In this document: positions 39,561 through 53,950 of the stretch, piece by piece
How positions within the stretch are numbered: position 1 is the first letter of the stretch
Layout of the letters: the number at the start of each line of letters is the position of its first letter
Source of the DNA: Raillietiella orientalis
Lineage: Eukaryota
Assembly (NCBI GenBank): GCA_036172245.1
Contig: JAYWIR010000022.1
Span: forward strand, 1,302,001-1,366,000
Direction of reading: 5' to 3'
DNA length: 64,000 bases
Made by a program: the position numbers and the translations under genes
The notes under the pieces: model-generated
The model's input: only the letters and a program-made list of their open reading frames with translations
Databases searched by the model: none
Told to the model about the DNA's origin: nothing

Positions 39561-42500
39561 CCGTCCTGCCCCATGATTTTGGTATCAGAAGCTGGAATAA
39601 GTGATGTGAAGACGTCGGTGCGAGTACGTTGTCACCATCATACGTGGATTTCCTTGCAGATTTCGAAAAGAGCGACTGTGCACTTCAAGGCGTGAACTTC
39701 GAATCGGATGCCTCCATTAGTGTTCTTCATTTTACTGATTCTTCTGAAAATGAGAGCTCTAAAGCGATCCACATTCTAGAACTTTCGGAGAGGAGTTCGC
39801 TCTCGCGGTGGTTTCAACCGTTTTGAATTTACTGCGGCTGTATTGGAGAACAAACTGTTCTGTTACGGTTTGCATTTCGAAAAAACTGTCTCACGTCGAA
39901 CTGAGGACTCTGTCTCGGAGTGAGTCGCACATGGAAGTGCTTGAAGGAAGCTCAGCTGATACCAATGTCAGCAACGGTTGTAGGAAAGAGTAAGCGTTAG
40001 ATATGACAGAGCATTCCTCTCTTTTGGCACATCTATCCACGTAGTTTACTCGTCATTCTTGAAGTGTTCCGTTATGTGTGTGCATCGAGGGCATTGAGAG
40101 ATGTCCACATGTGGTTCGGGAGAGTAGCAAGCCCAAGAGCTTTCATTAGGTAGTTCCAACAAAACTGTTCGTGTTCGTTGCAGGTTCTGCCGAATTCTGC
40201 AAAAGGCCCGGAGGGGACTCAGAGATTGCTAAATTATTATTACCGAGTGCCACTGTTCCTGTTGGAAGTAATCGTTATCGGATCGGTTCCCTGTTACTGA
40301 GAGTTGCTGCTGACATTATTGTTGATAAGCGGTATCGAGGGCTGAATTATTGTTTAATTAATGAAGGACATTAACGAGCACAAAGTCAAAACACGAAGGT
40401 GAATGCAAAAGGGGTGATGCGTCCAGCATCCTTGCTTCCCCGTGATCGTTCCCTATATTTCCCAAGCCAGGGTATCGAGAGAAAGCAGGCGCGGCGCACT
40501 CCAATACTTCGATCTGGTTGCAATCGGAAGGTGGGCGGGGCGCGACCGGCGAAGACTGCTAGAGCTGAGGAAGTGTCTCCTTGCTTGCGAAGTGGGTTGG
40601 ATGTCTGAGGCTGCACATGGGAGGAGGACCGAAAACTCTCGTGGTCTGCAAAGGGAAAGGGCTGCGCTCACGTTCGACTCGGTGGGTTGCCGGGAACGCT
40701 CTCAGTGAAGCATGAAGAATCCTCGAGGAGGAATCCCTACGGCCACGCTGACCTGCAGGCAGCAGGTCAATCGGCTGGGCGATTGCCTGCGTACGCCTGC
40801 TTGAAATCCCGAGATGCGGGGGTTCTCTTCCGAGGGGACCCTCCTGCTCGTTCTTTGGAGCTCCTGATGTATGCTGCTCTCCCGGTCGAGAAAAGGAGCA
40901 GACGCTGAAACGCTACCTTGCTCTTTCGGTTGCCTGGAACCACCTGACTGGAGGCTTCCTCCCCCTTGATTTCTCTTCTCCTGGGTGCTCTCTACGAGTT
41001 CAGATGCCCCCTTCCGACAGCCCAAAGGACCCGGGCTAGAAGCACTGGCGCTTCATTCCTTGGCTCTCGGAGGCGTTCCTTCTTGTTGGGCCAGCAAGTA
41101 GGGCAAGTTTACACTTGTCCCGGGCTCCTCCCCCCTTCCCAAGTAACTCTTGTGTGAGACGCATCCCGGGGATTATGAATTTGCAGGAATCTGCTCCCGT
41201 GTATTCGGTACCTTTGATGTCCGCTGGTGGCGGTGCTTGGGCGGAAAGGGACTCTCCCAAGCCGCCCACATACTCTGCTTCCCGCAGCGGAGGGCGCTAC
41301 TCCGCTCCGGCCTCCTCCATCCTTCCAGGCCGGCGTCTTCGACGATTCCGGATGTTACCTCTGTGACAGCAGTACGAGCGCGAGCATCCAGACTGCTGCC
41401 AGCTCCTGGGAGGCTCCTGGAACGGGAAGAGGAGTGACGTGCGCTGCCTCGCAGATGTCCTGGGGGACACATGCACGGACGGGTGAGGAAGACCTCGGGG
41501 AAAGAGCGGGTCCCTTCTTTGGGCACGCGGAACCTGGCGGGATACGCCTGCGAGCAGGGGAGGCGGGGGCTATCCGCGGCCGTCGGTTGCGCGCTCAAGT
41601 CTGGAAAGACCGGAAGTTTCGAGCGGCCGGAAGCACCATCGCGCAAGCTCTTCGGAGGAAACCTGGAAACCCCAGAACTAGGGGAGGAGGAAGGAGGAGG
41701 GTCGGAGGTCGACCTGGAGCTGGATGCGGTCCGAGCTACGAGCTCGCAACCCCTAGGTACTTCTTCCCGAAGATCGGAAAAGCCTTCTGAGAAGGAGACC
41801 CTGGAGGAGGTTGCTCTTTTTCAACTGCTCATCCGTCTTTCTCTACTCCCCAATCCGTTCCACTTCCTTTTCGGAAACATCTCTTTGGGGATGGGCGGGG
41901 AACGGAGGCAAGTGGGAAATCATCCCCACTTCTCGATCGGGCCCCCCTTCTCCAGTTCGCACTGCTTGGAAGCTCGAGGAGGGTCCGAGCCCCTCAGATG
42001 TGGGGCAACCATCCGCCGTACTTGCGTCTCGCGCAAACCACGTTGAGGGTGACAGCGACGGCGGCTTTCCCTCTCCCCGACCGAAAGGAGGAATGGGAAT
42101 CAGCTCAATTCCCGGGAAACTGCCGCCTTCAGTTTCCTTCTTGGAGTTGGGACGTGCGATGCGTGTCGTTCAGGCTCCAGGAGCGGGAAGAATCCCGGCG
42201 CGAGAGAACTTTGCGCACTGGCTCGCTCATCCGTTCCGACCGGTTCCATGTAGATTGAGGGAAGGGACATCTCTCCAGCGTGGGGATGCCGTTGCACCTA
42301 ACTCAACGGTCGTTTCCACAGTTAGTGGATGATGGCATCCGCCGGAAACCTCACGTGTGCCGGGTGGAGTCCCCATCTGGGAAGGATTGCTCGAGAAGAG
42401 GAAAAGCGCAAATGGGCAGTGGAGACGCACACGCTCGGTCACTTCTGATTCTTCTTTCGGTTACTTTTCCTTGGGTTTCCCAGGGACCCACCCGCGGTAA

Positions 42501-45500
42501 AAAAGGGACACAAGTGTCCGCATCCGGATCCTTTTTTGGATGTTTCCTTTTCGCGAAGTGTCCTGTAGGAAAGCAAACGATAACAAACGCGAAAGCTTAG
42601 CGTAAAGTTATGAATCGTAATACTGTGGTATGTAATCATAATGTGATAACGATGGAAACGAGAACAATCACAGTAAGGTACCCAGTGAATATTCCTCCAA
42701 TAATGTGCAGCTGAAATACACTTTGACCCGACTTTTTGACGTTTCTTCCCGAGTACTTGTGGCACCGCGCGAACGCGAGGTGGTCCACTCACGTGATAAA
42801 CTGACAAAATGGCACCTCACAGGGGTGCACGCGAAAACCGATTCACTACAATGTAGTCACAACAGATCGTACTGATAATCAAGACGATGTAACATTCTTC
42901 TGGATGCACGAATGCCTTTATATTCTGGGCACTTCTCTCGTCGTAATTTCTCACCGATAAAAGACCACAGATACTTTCGTAAGTCATTCGAATGGGGGGG
43001 AATGTTTGGAAGGAGACGCAAATCCGTCATTTCTGAACTAAGCTGTTGAGATAACCGAGCAGGTTGCGCTAGACGTAACACTCGCTCTTGGGAAGAGCAA
43101 TCTGGCTTATTTTTCAAACAGTAAACTGGTCTTTGAAAACGAATGCAAAACATGCTATCTCCTCAGGCTCAATGAACCCTTGTATATGAATAATCACATT
43201 CTTATGTGCCTTCGTTTTGTTCCCAAAATCATAAATCGTACATACACATACTGGTGAAACAAAACTCATCATTTTTAGGCTTTCAATTCCTCTTAAAATC
43301 ACTTTGTTGTATTGCCTTCAAGACTCATGGGCTTCCGTGGCTGAGATCCCCATGAAGGCGATCCGTAGAACATCCATCATGTTCATACGGAGGAGTAGCA
43401 TACGGAGATCGTAAATTATATTTCCCGATTGTTTATAGAAATTGGATAGAATAATAATAAAGTCCAGAGAAGATATCTACAGCAATGAATCCCATTAAAA
43501 TGTAAAGAGATGTTTCCAAGATAGTAAATTCTGTAGATAGATAGTTTTTTTGTAAGACTATACCGCGGTGGTATGCTTCGAAACTTTAACACTCCTTGTA
43601 GATGCCACAGTTCCCTCTCTGGATGCTCCAAATATATTGTTCAGTTCACTTTGAAAGATGGGCTGCCTGCCGCGATTTTTCAGGCCAATAAACGTTTCTG
43701 ACCAAATACACAGGAAGCAAGGAAAACAAGGCATCAAAACAATAACACCCGGGCAATGGAAACACAGTTGTCTTTCTGAATCCACGACTACCTTTCAAGA
43801 TTGAATGAAGGGAAGATTTACAGAGCTTTGAAGTTGTGCGAGAGCAAAATTCACTTTCTCTTTTCCACGATTAGTTTATTTTTTCTTCATTGTCTGTCTA
43901 TAATTAAGAAGGTTTTTCAATTCCCAAGCTTGAATGTCTTCAGCTCTTCTTTTTCATTTTAGGAATATGAATTCATAAAACTAGACGGGCATCATTTGTA
44001 CATACTTCGACTACGGAAAACCCTATTATCTAAGACCATTCAGTATTTTGGATGCAAATACTAAAACATGCTTCACGGAGGCTTCATAGAGATTAGGGGA
44101 GTGCTTCATTGTGCAGAGTGATAAAAAAACTACTCCTGAGTTAACGATTTCATATATGGATGTGTGGACATACATACATATATATGTATATGGAATAGAA
44201 ATATACCAAGTCATCATTTCACATTCTGCTAACATAATTTTATCCTGTACTACCTACAACTCCTAGTACCAGCGTAATTATGGAAACATATGCGTGCATG
44301 CCAAATGAAAGACAAAAACGAAAAATTCTATATTCCCATGCTAGAAGTGTAATATTGGTAATAAGAATATGGATTACTGTTAGAAGCATATTATTATAGA
44401 GAAGTAACACTTCTTCCTCCTAGTATCAGGAGATATACCAGTCTGGTGATTTTTGTTGAATGCAAGATGATACTGTGAAATATGAGAAAAACTTTTCCTG
44501 GAGAAATTATACTCTTCGCTCAATTCGTTGCTTATATTTTGAAAGGTTAGCAGAAGCAGTTTGTGGTAAGCGTGCGTTCAGAGTCAGGAAAATGGGAAGC
44601 CTAACCAGCTTAGTTGCTTTCCAAAGAAAACGGCTGAGAATGAAAAGAGAAAAAACAGAAAGACATCATTTTTTTTTTTTTACTCCAAATCCCTTAAAGG
44701 TTACGGGTGCTTTTTGAGGGGAAAAAAACATGAACCACCTAGAAAACAAGAATAGCTCAAGAGAGGGAGAACAAAAAGTGATTCATGAAATGAACCAATG
44801 GCGAGAACACGAGTTCAGAAGACAAAAAATTGAGGAAGAGACTTTAGTAACACTGGGTTTCATTCTTGCACGAAATTGCTGAGGAAGAAATAATACGACG
44901 ATTTAATCAATGACAAGCAAGCACACATCAACTCAGTGCACTTTCCATATGGCATATTCTTTGAGATGGCTTCTGGTTCCATTAACTGCATTTATCTTTG
45001 CTAAGGTGGAATTTATAGATAAAGCATTCATATTACCGTTTATTGAACCACCATTCTTGGAAAAATTAAAATGCCTGCAGTTAATATCTAATAATAATAA
45101 TGTATGTTTTAAAGTGCAAAAGTTAATAGAGAACGCACATAGCGTCTACTTTTAAGATGACGATGCAATCTTATCAGAAGTTTCAACATATGCGAAAAAC
45201 AGCGCTATTTGGGGGCCGAGCTGCTCATTCCACTTTATCTGGATCTCATGACAAAGTTACTAGAGTTGCTTGGATTAAATAGCATATTCTTGTTTCTTAT
45301 TCATCTTCCAATGGCAGAAAAAATGAAATTTTAAGCATACGAGGAGACGTGAAAGAGTCAGACAAAGAAGGATAAATAGAATCTTCCGATTTTAGGGTGA
45401 GAAAGAAAAGGATCGGAAGACGAAAATGCTGCCTTAGAAACAATAAACAAACAAAAAAAAAGCTTAAATAAACGATTGGTTCTAAATTATTTGAATACTC

Positions 45501-48419
45501 CAGACACAATGCTACGTCTGCATAATGTTAAACTACTTATCTATACACATATTCTGAAATGTCTTCAGATCCTTACAAATCTTCATGTACAAACGTCTTG
45601 CTTCTCAAGCTGTCGAATAAATCATTAAATATGTTGAAAATCGAATGCACGATTACATGCTTGTGGGTGTTATTTCTTCAATTATCAGTATTTGAACAAG
45701 ACTAGAATTCGGAAGTGAATTTCCATGTAGAGATGAAAAACGTAAGACCGAACCAATCCTTCAGTGGACAGAAGGATTCTATAATTCGTGGCTACCCTGT
45801 GGCTCAAATTACACGAGGGGAAAGCAAGTATTTGCAACCACGCTCGATTTCTGTGTGGGTAAACAAATGCTTTCATTTTATCACCGAGTTGAACGGTATT
45901 CAGTTCCTCCCCTTCTAGTTCTTCCTTCTAAAGAGAAGTCCCGAAATGATGGGATCCCATATTTTTCTTCTCAATATCAAATCTCTAAACATCTCTCCCT
46001 CCTCCTCCCCCTCTCCCCCTCTTCTCCTCCTAGAAAAAAAAAAAAAAAAAAAGGGAGAAGAGAAAATAAAAAATCATTCGTGCAAAAATGATTAATTTTC
46101 CAATACACCGAAACTTGTTTGCTGCCGCTCACTACTGCCTTTGTTTTTTGTAACTTGGTCCAATTCTGCTTCCGGGAAAGAAAAAAAAAAGAAAAGAAAA
46201 AGCGCGCCCAAAGAAAATGGCCTATTGTTACAGCTTCCGTGGTAGCATATTAAACACGTGATCCGTACCAAGAATTCCAAGCAGGATGTGAGCGAAAAGG
46301 AAAATCGACAAAGGTAAGAAAAAAAAAAAAAAATCTTTTGGATAGAATTGTGCTTCGTCGAAAGATACTTTCCGCGGTTACGTTACATGCAAGCCATACC
46401 ACTCTCATTATTATTGCCTTCCTTGCGGGGCCACAACTTGTTACGAAGAATCTGGAGATACAGAAACTTGGAACGCCAGATAACTTTCCATGCACACTGG
46501 ATTCTTGCTAGTAAAATATAATCCTCAGTTTACTAAATACTGTATATGGTGTTTATAAGTCAGCGCCGTGTGTTCTTAGTTTTATCCGTTCAACAAATGG
46601 GTTCTAAACATGGATAAGTACTGATCAAGACGTAGCCAATTCATTTCTTATCCCGAAGTGCATGGTTGCTGTAGGCGGACGTCTAATTTCAAAACTATTT
46701 CTCTGTGAAGAAGAAAGTTTGCCTAAGCAAATGCTCACAGAGGTGTGAGTAATCAATATGAAGTACGTCGTGTTTATAATTTCGATGTATCATTCAAGAG
46801 GACAGCTGATCAGATTAGACAGTGAGATTTTTGAGCACGACTGCGAAGAGTGTCAGGTGTTTAGTCGTTGACAGCTGTTAAGGCCAGAGACCAACTACTC
46901 GTTGATCGAGCACTCTGTGATTGTTTCTCCATGATACGTGATGCCTTCAATCACAAGAGCATTTCAGAAACTTGGAAGTGGTTATGGTGCATAATTTGGC
47001 TGATCCAAATTCTTTGTACACAGAAATGTCAGTAGCATCGGTAAAATAGTACACAAAACGCATTCCAGCACTCGAAAAACTCAAAGCATTTTCGGATGAT
47101 GGCAAATTCGTCAGGAATAAGTCTTAGGATACGGAGGTTCAGCATACATTTGTCTTTAAGACACACCAGCGTAGTAGAAAATAGTTTTTCTCTCTATGAT
47201 ATAGCAGAACTTCCATTTTTGCTTTCTTGGATTCAAATGCATGAATTAAGGAACCACTGATGTGGTAGTAATAACATATCAGTGGTTAATTGAACGTACA
47301 AGATCAGTGGGAAGCTATGAAAGACTTGCAAGTTTCTTCCGTATATTTTCTTTGCCTGAAGTCTTGAATGCAAGAAGAGAAGACAAAACCGTTTTCAGTT
47401 TATCCCATGAATGTCATGCCTCGTAAGGCTGCAGGAAGGCCATGATGCTCTTGTGAACATAACAGAAATGACACTATTTCGGCCACTAGAAGAGTTATAA
47501 ACAACTGCTTGTACCCTAGAAGTCGTCTCCAGAGTAGGATGGCAGGTACTGCATCCTGTAGATTCTACGGGAACGACGTTCCTGACGTTGTTGTTCGAAC
47601 AGCAGAATTCAGAAGCACACGACCTATTCAGAAAACATTTTTAGTCCTGATCTTCATTTTTCCAGAATTGAAATTTTATCCGTGAACTGTCTTTCTGGCA
47701 GAACTGAAAACCAGTTCTATCTAAAAGAAAGGTCGTGACGTACCAAGGGATCCTCATTTTGCTTCCAGTAGATGGGAAAAGTTTTTTTCTGATTTCCCCG
47801 TGCCTTAACGTTTAATTTGTATCCGGCTGAAAACTCTTTCAAGCTTCATAGGTGACAACAAAAATAAGGCGGTGGCTATGAATTTCTATTAACAAAAGTT
47901 CTAACAAATAAATAGAGTATCTCTTCCATAATTGTTCAAAGTAGAAAAATAGCCCTTCCCGATCCCTTCCCCAAAGATCCTTGTCTCTTTCGTGAAAATG
48001 CTCTTCCGTTTTCGTTCTCTTCCCCGAAATTAGTGGTTGCATTATCCTTGCAAAGGGTAATTTTTAGAGACCTTTGCTTCATTAAACAGTTCTTAGATAA
48101 TGTTTCTGCAGCTACTATAAAGCTTGAAGCAAAATTTGGAATTTCCACATGCATTCCTTTCCCCAAATTGCAATACTGTTCGAAAAAGCGAAAACCTTGG
48201 TAAATTTAGGGTGGATGCATTTTTAATACGACTTTGATCAAATTGTCCTTTACTGATCTTCTGATTATTCTCAAGCGAAAATTCTCAAGCAACAGTTTTA
48301 TTTTTGGTTTAGAGTAAAGTGCAATAAAAATCTTTTTGTTTTAAATTCACATCTTTTAATTTTATACCTTTGCTCTTTTCCTATCTCTTAGACAGGCCAG
48401 TCATGACCCCAAGAAAGGG

Positions 48420-48469
48420 TAGTCTCAGACTTCAGTGCTAGTCTCAGACTTCAGTGCTAGTCTCAGACT
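48420..48469. repeat. Perfect tandem repeat, 19-bp unit TAGTCTCAGACTTCAGTGC x2.6
   Basis: Read directly from the sequence. Confidence 0.95.
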
Positions 48470-48515
48470 CACAAGCTCTTTGAAGCGCTTATTCTGTTTT
48501 TAATTCAACTAGCAT

Positions 48516-48799
48516 TCAGAAATGAACACCATAAACTGGTAACTTCACAAAAAACACTCCTACCAATATTAAACCTTCTACTCCTAACCCCTCATCCCCC
48601 ATTCTAACAATCAACCCATCTTCTACAAAATTAATAACACCAATTAAAAACCATAAAGATCTAAAAACCGTATAAATAAATATATAAACCCTAGCTCTAA
48701 ATCGCTCCCTTTGATACCCTCACCATACAACAGTTAACACTATAGGAATCATCCTACCCTCAAAAAATACAACAAATATAAAAAAATCAACTCTCATAC
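48516..48799 (-). pseudogene. nad4: NUMT: fragment of mitochondrial NADH dehydrogenase subunit 4
   Basis: Abrupt A/C-rich, G-poor block on +. The minus strand in the invertebrate mitochondrial code reads FFMFVVFFEGSMIPMVLTVVWWGYQSERFSASVYMFIYTVFSS...VFFVKLPVYGVHFW, matching ND4 motifs FFE..LIP..WGYQxER and FxVKxP..HxW. In-frame TGA falls at conserved Trp positions. Confidence 0.93.
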
Positions 48800-49099
48800 G
48801 TGACAGACGCGAGTACTGCTGTTGGTATTCTGCTCGGATTTTTAATTTGCTTTTCACCTGTAGAACTGGATGGAGAGTTTGGCACATTTTGATTTATTCC
48901 TCGTTTTTTTTTCCTCCTCCCCTCTACTCAGTCGATCTTGCAGAGTTTCAGCAAAGGACTTGAAGTTTCGGTCCAGCAGTGTAAGAAATTAGCTCCAAGG
49001 CAGTCCGTGATTTCAATCAGTGGGCTAATTTGTGCATGCGTGTGTCTGCATGTAGGAATTGCTCATCATACCTAATAAGAAAACTGAGCTTAATAGCGC

Positions 49100-50030
49100 T
49101 AATATCTGTCGGAACGTTCGCGTGGTGGCCAAGGGAAACGTGAGAGATTGCATTCTACCTCAGAACTGGTTTCGGATCATATAACTCTGCATATGCGGCC
49201 ATGAGCTCTCTTCTCACCATACCAGTTTAAAAAAAATAACATTGGCTTCACGCTGTATTTATCCATAAGTCGTGTGTTTGTCGCACTAGTTCCTGGATGC
49301 ACTTTATGGGCAGCCCGCGTCGTGGGCCTAATACTGTTCCACGTCACTCGACAGTGCATGTAATTCTTCAAGATTGGGGGTACCCCGGGAGGGGTCCGCC
49401 CTATGAATCCAGGAAGGACTCGGAGTCCGTTCCTCTAACTCCTGGGGGGGGATCCCCGGAAATGGAGATCACCTCCACCCTGGTTGTCTACGAAGGGGAA
49501 TCCAGAAGGAAATCCTCCTTCCTTATTTTCTCCGGATGGCAACCCGGGGGGTCCGCTCCATTCTTTCTTTTCTGAAGGGAACCCGGAAAGGATCCGATCC
49601 TGGGATTTCTTCTCGGAGGGATCCCCCGCAAGGGATCCGCTCCTGTTTACTCCTCTGAAGAGAACCCAGAAGGGACGCTTCCGAACTTCAGAAGGGCGCT
49701 GCTTCCCCTAAGGGCGTGGCTCGCTTCCCTGCACTCTCTGGAGAGATGGTGGCGACACAGCTACTCCATCAGTACGACGCAGAGGGTCCCCCGGAATAGG
49801 AGTCCGCTCCTTCACAACTGGAAGGGAAGAACTCTCACTCCTTGATTGCTGGAAGGATCCGAAGGTCGACTCCCATTGCCCTGCCCCTCATTGGAGACAT
49901 CCTGTTTGAACCGCCACCAGTGCCTCACCCAAATGAATGTAGGCCAGCCAGCGTCATCTTGCAGGAGCAACTCGAACCCACGACGCACTCGGAGTCGATT
50001 GGTTTCGTAGTATAGGAACCCCACGACGCT
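49100..50030 (+). mobile_element. Decayed non-LTR RT remnant, homologous to 63170-63830
   Basis: RTGFGSYNSAYAA (QxGFR..ST..A), YLSISRVF (FLDISKAF), TVPRH..VILQDWGYPG, EGSPARDPLLF (QGSPLSPLLF), and a decayed ALYADD at ~49731. Clear nucleotide similarity to the copy at 63.2-63.8 kb. Confidence 0.65.
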
Positions 50031-50329
50031 TAGTTCCACGCGCGGACACCGCAGGAGTCACAGCGCCTCCGACGCGAAAAAAAGTAGCATTGAGGACAAC
50101 GGAACAGCCGCCACCCCACCCGCCACAGAACTCCCACTGTTGTGTAATCGGTCCCCAGATCATTCCTTCGAGTGAATCTCTCCTGCACGCCTCATTGTTG
50201 CTCATCAGCAAGAGATATTGCAGGCGGAATAACAGATCTTTTAGAGTTTCTTTGTTTTCTCCGTTTCTTCGCCTTCTTCATGGCGCGCATCAGACGCGCT
50301 TCGGAAGGAACATGAGAGCGGGCTATCTA

Positions 50330-50720
50330 ACTTGCGGCTCTCCAGCTTCACGTCCGAAAGTCTTCAGGCGTTCAAGGTCGAACAATGCTCAACAAGTACT
50401 TAACCGGATTGCATCGATAGTCTGCGTCTCATTAAGTAACGCCTGCTGCTCGTTATTGTGGAGAGCACCGACTGCCTCTTGCCATAATCACTGTTGTCTC
50501 TCCAAGAGCTCGATCTTTGAGACAGTCGAATCGAAGAAGAGAACGTTGCCTGCATATAAAGTGAAGAAGGTTTTCGAAACTTCAGCCTTGAGGTGAATTA
50601 GCGGAAGACATGGATGGAACGGCAAGCATTGTGAGATGTTGAAGAATTCCCAGTTCTGGGATCACGACACAATCCCGACTCCTTGGAATTTAATAACACT
50701 CGAAGAAACCAAACACGAAT
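50330..50720 (-). mobile_element. Decayed non-LTR RT remnant
   Basis: GV..CV..P..FFNI followed by TLYAGNVLFFDSTVSKIELLERQQ*LWQEAVG..LNETQT (cf. LYADD..LQxLL..W..GL..NxxKT). Confidence 0.5.
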
Positions 50721-50958
50721 TAAGAGGAAACGCCTTTTGCTACACTCATCCCAGGTAGAAGGCAAAAGTCAGGATGCACTTGATTTCTTTGAATCTGATC
50801 TTGCTTTTTAGAAACAAGTTGGAGTAACTCAGGATTGAGGTCATGCGTCAGTGTTGAGAATTTCCACAACTCTCCAGGTCGAAGATTTCGAATGCAGAAG
50901 GTCCTCGTCGTCGTGATACTGCTGTCAGAAAAAAACCGAATGAAGTGTCCATACCAGA

Positions 50959-50960
<2 letters not shown>

Positions 50961-50997
<37 letters not shown>

Positions 50998-51003
50998 TGT
51001 GTG
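50961..51003. repeat. (TG)n microsatellite with one interruption
   Basis: Read directly from the sequence. Confidence 0.97.
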
Positions 51004-51449
51004 TTTCCCGATCCGGTAAAGTCGGCAGAAATTTCCTAGGCACGAACATCAGAAACGTACTGGCGAAAATGAAGCAGAGGAATCTCGTGATTACTAAACA
51101 GGGACGGTCCAAGAATTTTTCCCGTTTATTCCCTGGCATAACCGGATATCCATCGAATTACGTGAATTTGTGTCAGGATCACTCCAGTTCTGAAATAAAT
51201 AAATTTCCGCGTTATTTCTCAATAAATTTTCCGACGCGCATTTTCGGGATGCCCACAATCGAATTCATGCCCTGCCGCGGGAGTGAGCGAAAGATCATCC
51301 GAAAGCCCAGGGAACGTGCCTGGGAAACTCAATCATTTAACGGCAGTTGACATGATCGTGACTCGAATACTGCCGCTCCATTTCTGAATAATTCGTCACT
51401 TTCATCCGGGTACGGTCGAATACCTGAATTGTTCCAGGAAACATAGTCC

Positions 51450-52020
51450 TCCTCTGTTTTTACACCGTTCCATCCCGAGCGGAGATAAGGTACCTGGATC
51501 TCTGAGGAAGAAACAAGTAATTATGGACAAATCCGTGCGAGTTCACGGAAAGCTTTACAAGAACTTGATCCGAATGCTAAGGGAGTTCCAGAGCAGACAC
51601 AAAAGAAAAATGGCACTTGGTTTGGGGAAACGCTCACCATTGAGGATTTGTTTCAACACTACAAAAGCAGATCTGCAATGCTATCAGTAAACAATGATTA
51701 ATCTGGTGGTAGTAACGTGGTGTATCATCAACCGCATCTCGTGGGCAAACACACGACTTCTACGTGTGCATGCGCGATGCGCTCCTGTCTAGATCCAGAG
51801 ATAAATTTCTCCGTACAGGGTGAGGATCCTGCTCTCCTGCGCTTTCTTGTTAAAGAATGCACGGACAATTTTCGCTAATGAAAAGCTGACTCCACGTAAC
51901 CATTCTTTTGCTCAACAGACTCTTCAAAGCCTCCGGATTTCATTCGAAGCACCCGATCTTAGGTACGAGTGGGTTGAGCGTGGGCTTAGCGTTCGCAACG
52001 TGGGATGCTCAGCTCACTGA
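51450..52020 (+). mobile_element. Decayed non-LTR RT remnant
   Basis: RKALQELD...LFQHYKSRSAMLSVNND*SG, then TIFANE...QQTLQSL...EWVERGLSV, in RT order. Confidence 0.45.
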
Positions 52021-52961
52021 AGACACCCTAGCGGGCTTCTATCTCAGCTTACCCATTTCCGACCTCTAGCCATCGTCGTATGCGATCGGTTTGTTTCCCA
52101 GCAACCGCTTTGATGGCATGCATTGCAGTTGTTGCCACCTCACCGTCAAAGTCTTTCGAATACGTCGTAAAGCCTCATTCTGGGGATTGCACTGTAATCG
52201 GCTGGATCGGCCTGAGAGGAAGACGCGAAGATGGCATGCGTTAACAAATAAAAAAGGTTTTCGAAGGCTCTCCCGAGAAATCGAAGAGGCCTCAGAAAAA
52301 TGATCTTACTGCATTCTCGAAAGCAAATGAGCTCGAGCATTCTCTCTGAAAGGCCATTAGATAAAACGCTGGTGCAAGACAAAACAAGCAGCGGATCGAT
52401 GCTCGCATACGAAATGATGTCATCAATCACGGGCGTGAAAACAAGGAAAGTAAAATGATGCGAGGGAAGCAAAGGTTAGGTGAGGGAAAGGCAATTTGCG
52501 TTCTTCATTCGAGCGATGAGCCAGGGAAGTGCCGCGTCAAGTGCTTGCAGAGGAGGCAGTCCAACGCTGGAGCTGCAAGAGCACTATGCAGTTTTTGATG
52601 CTGGCTTCCTCCCCTCCCCCCTCCCCACCCCGTTACGCACGCAGGGAAACACCGGCGCCGCAGATGCGGTCTCGTTTCCGGCACAAGCCTCAGGATGGGG
52701 GACACTGCTTTGGGGGAAAACGCTCGACACTCTCCGAACGGAATGCAGAGATCCCTCTTGAGAATGCAGTGCCGCTCTCATCCTGAGGGAACTTTTCGAA
52801 AAATCGTGGAGGGGACGCTGGAAACCCTACGAGGTAGTGAAGGAGAATCCTTCAGCGAGCATCCAGTGCATCGTGGAGCAGCACGGATGGCATTCTCCCC
52901 CCTCGATGGCACAGTGGCTGAACGGATTTGCAGCGACGCGGTGCGACCTCTGTTTTGAAAT

Positions 52962-52983
52962 CTGGGACTGGGACTGGGACTGG
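52962..52983. repeat. (CTGGGA)n short tandem repeat, ~3.7 units
   Basis: Read directly from the sequence. Confidence 0.85.
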
Positions 52984-53649
52984 CCTGCGAGCATCTGTTC
53001 GAATCCGTGGATTTGCCTTCTGCGGATACATCAGTGCCAGCGTCCCTGGTCACGCAATCACGCTGACTGGAGGCAACGGAACTCAGCGAGACAGGAGTTC
53101 GGTAAGAGGCAAGGAGGAAGGTAGAGGGCGTGGCTTCCCTTGCGAAAGGTGAAAATCGGTGTCAGGCATCAACGCACATTCGTCTTCCCTTTTTCGAGGG
53201 GGGCTCCAAATGCAGAGGCGAATCAATCGATACTCATCCTGGATGGGGGTTACTGCATCAGTGAACAGATGGGAAAAGGAATTTTGGTTCCAGAAGAGTT
53301 AAGAAGTATTGCTTATTCTGGCGGAAAAAAAAAGATCTTCGGCCATCAATGGAAAGTGCTTTTGCTGTCCTTCTTTTTTCCTCCTTCCACTGGTTTTTGT
53401 TTTTTAGAAGGGTGGATGTGATAAGGCACCCTTCTATAGAAATAAACGCGATGGACAAAAGAGATCGAAGGAGATTCGCCACATCCTGCGAGTGGCTTGA
53501 CGCGTCGCTGCACGGGTAAACTCAGCCACTGGTCTGAGGAGGTCCGTCTCATCATTGCTACGTGTGGTTCCTCTGCACGCGGCAGCGATGATCCTCGGTC
53601 ATCGTTCCCGCGCTGTAGGCTCGAAAAAATCGCCAAGCGCGATATCTGT

Positions 53650-53950
53650 GATGAGCACGGTGGTTCGTGGAGGGCGTAGGTCTGCCGCGGTCACGGTTGC
53701 ACACCACGATCTCAGAGGAGTGCACGACCCTTCGCAAAGTCGACCGGTGGAGGCAGGGTTGTCACTTCAACGACATGTGGACAGGGAGCAAGGAAGAAGC
53801 AGGGTCCGTGACAAGGAACGTCCTGGTTTCTCAGTATTCGCAGCAGGGGGAGACGCTGCCGACAGCGTTCTTCAGTGTCAGGTGTTTTGGTGGACAAGCA
53901 TGGCTGGACCAATGGATCGCGAGGAGGGAGCGCGGAACGTAACCCCTTCA
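53650..53950 (+). mobile_element. Possible decayed non-LTR RT remnant
   Basis: SQQGETLPTAFFSV resembles RQGDPLSPxLFxL. Confidence 0.35.

Noticed and set aside
40399..42600. Stack of 100-190-aa ORFs in a GC-rich block
   Set aside because: No family motif recognised and all frames are similarly open. Likely non-coding or unrecognisably decayed repeats.
49900..50030. tRNA-derived SINE head (GGTTCGAG B-box-like on the minus strand, also at ~63750)
   Set aside because: No A box or cloverleaf. The motif falls where the + strand RT remnant has its LNPxKT-like segment, which explains it better.
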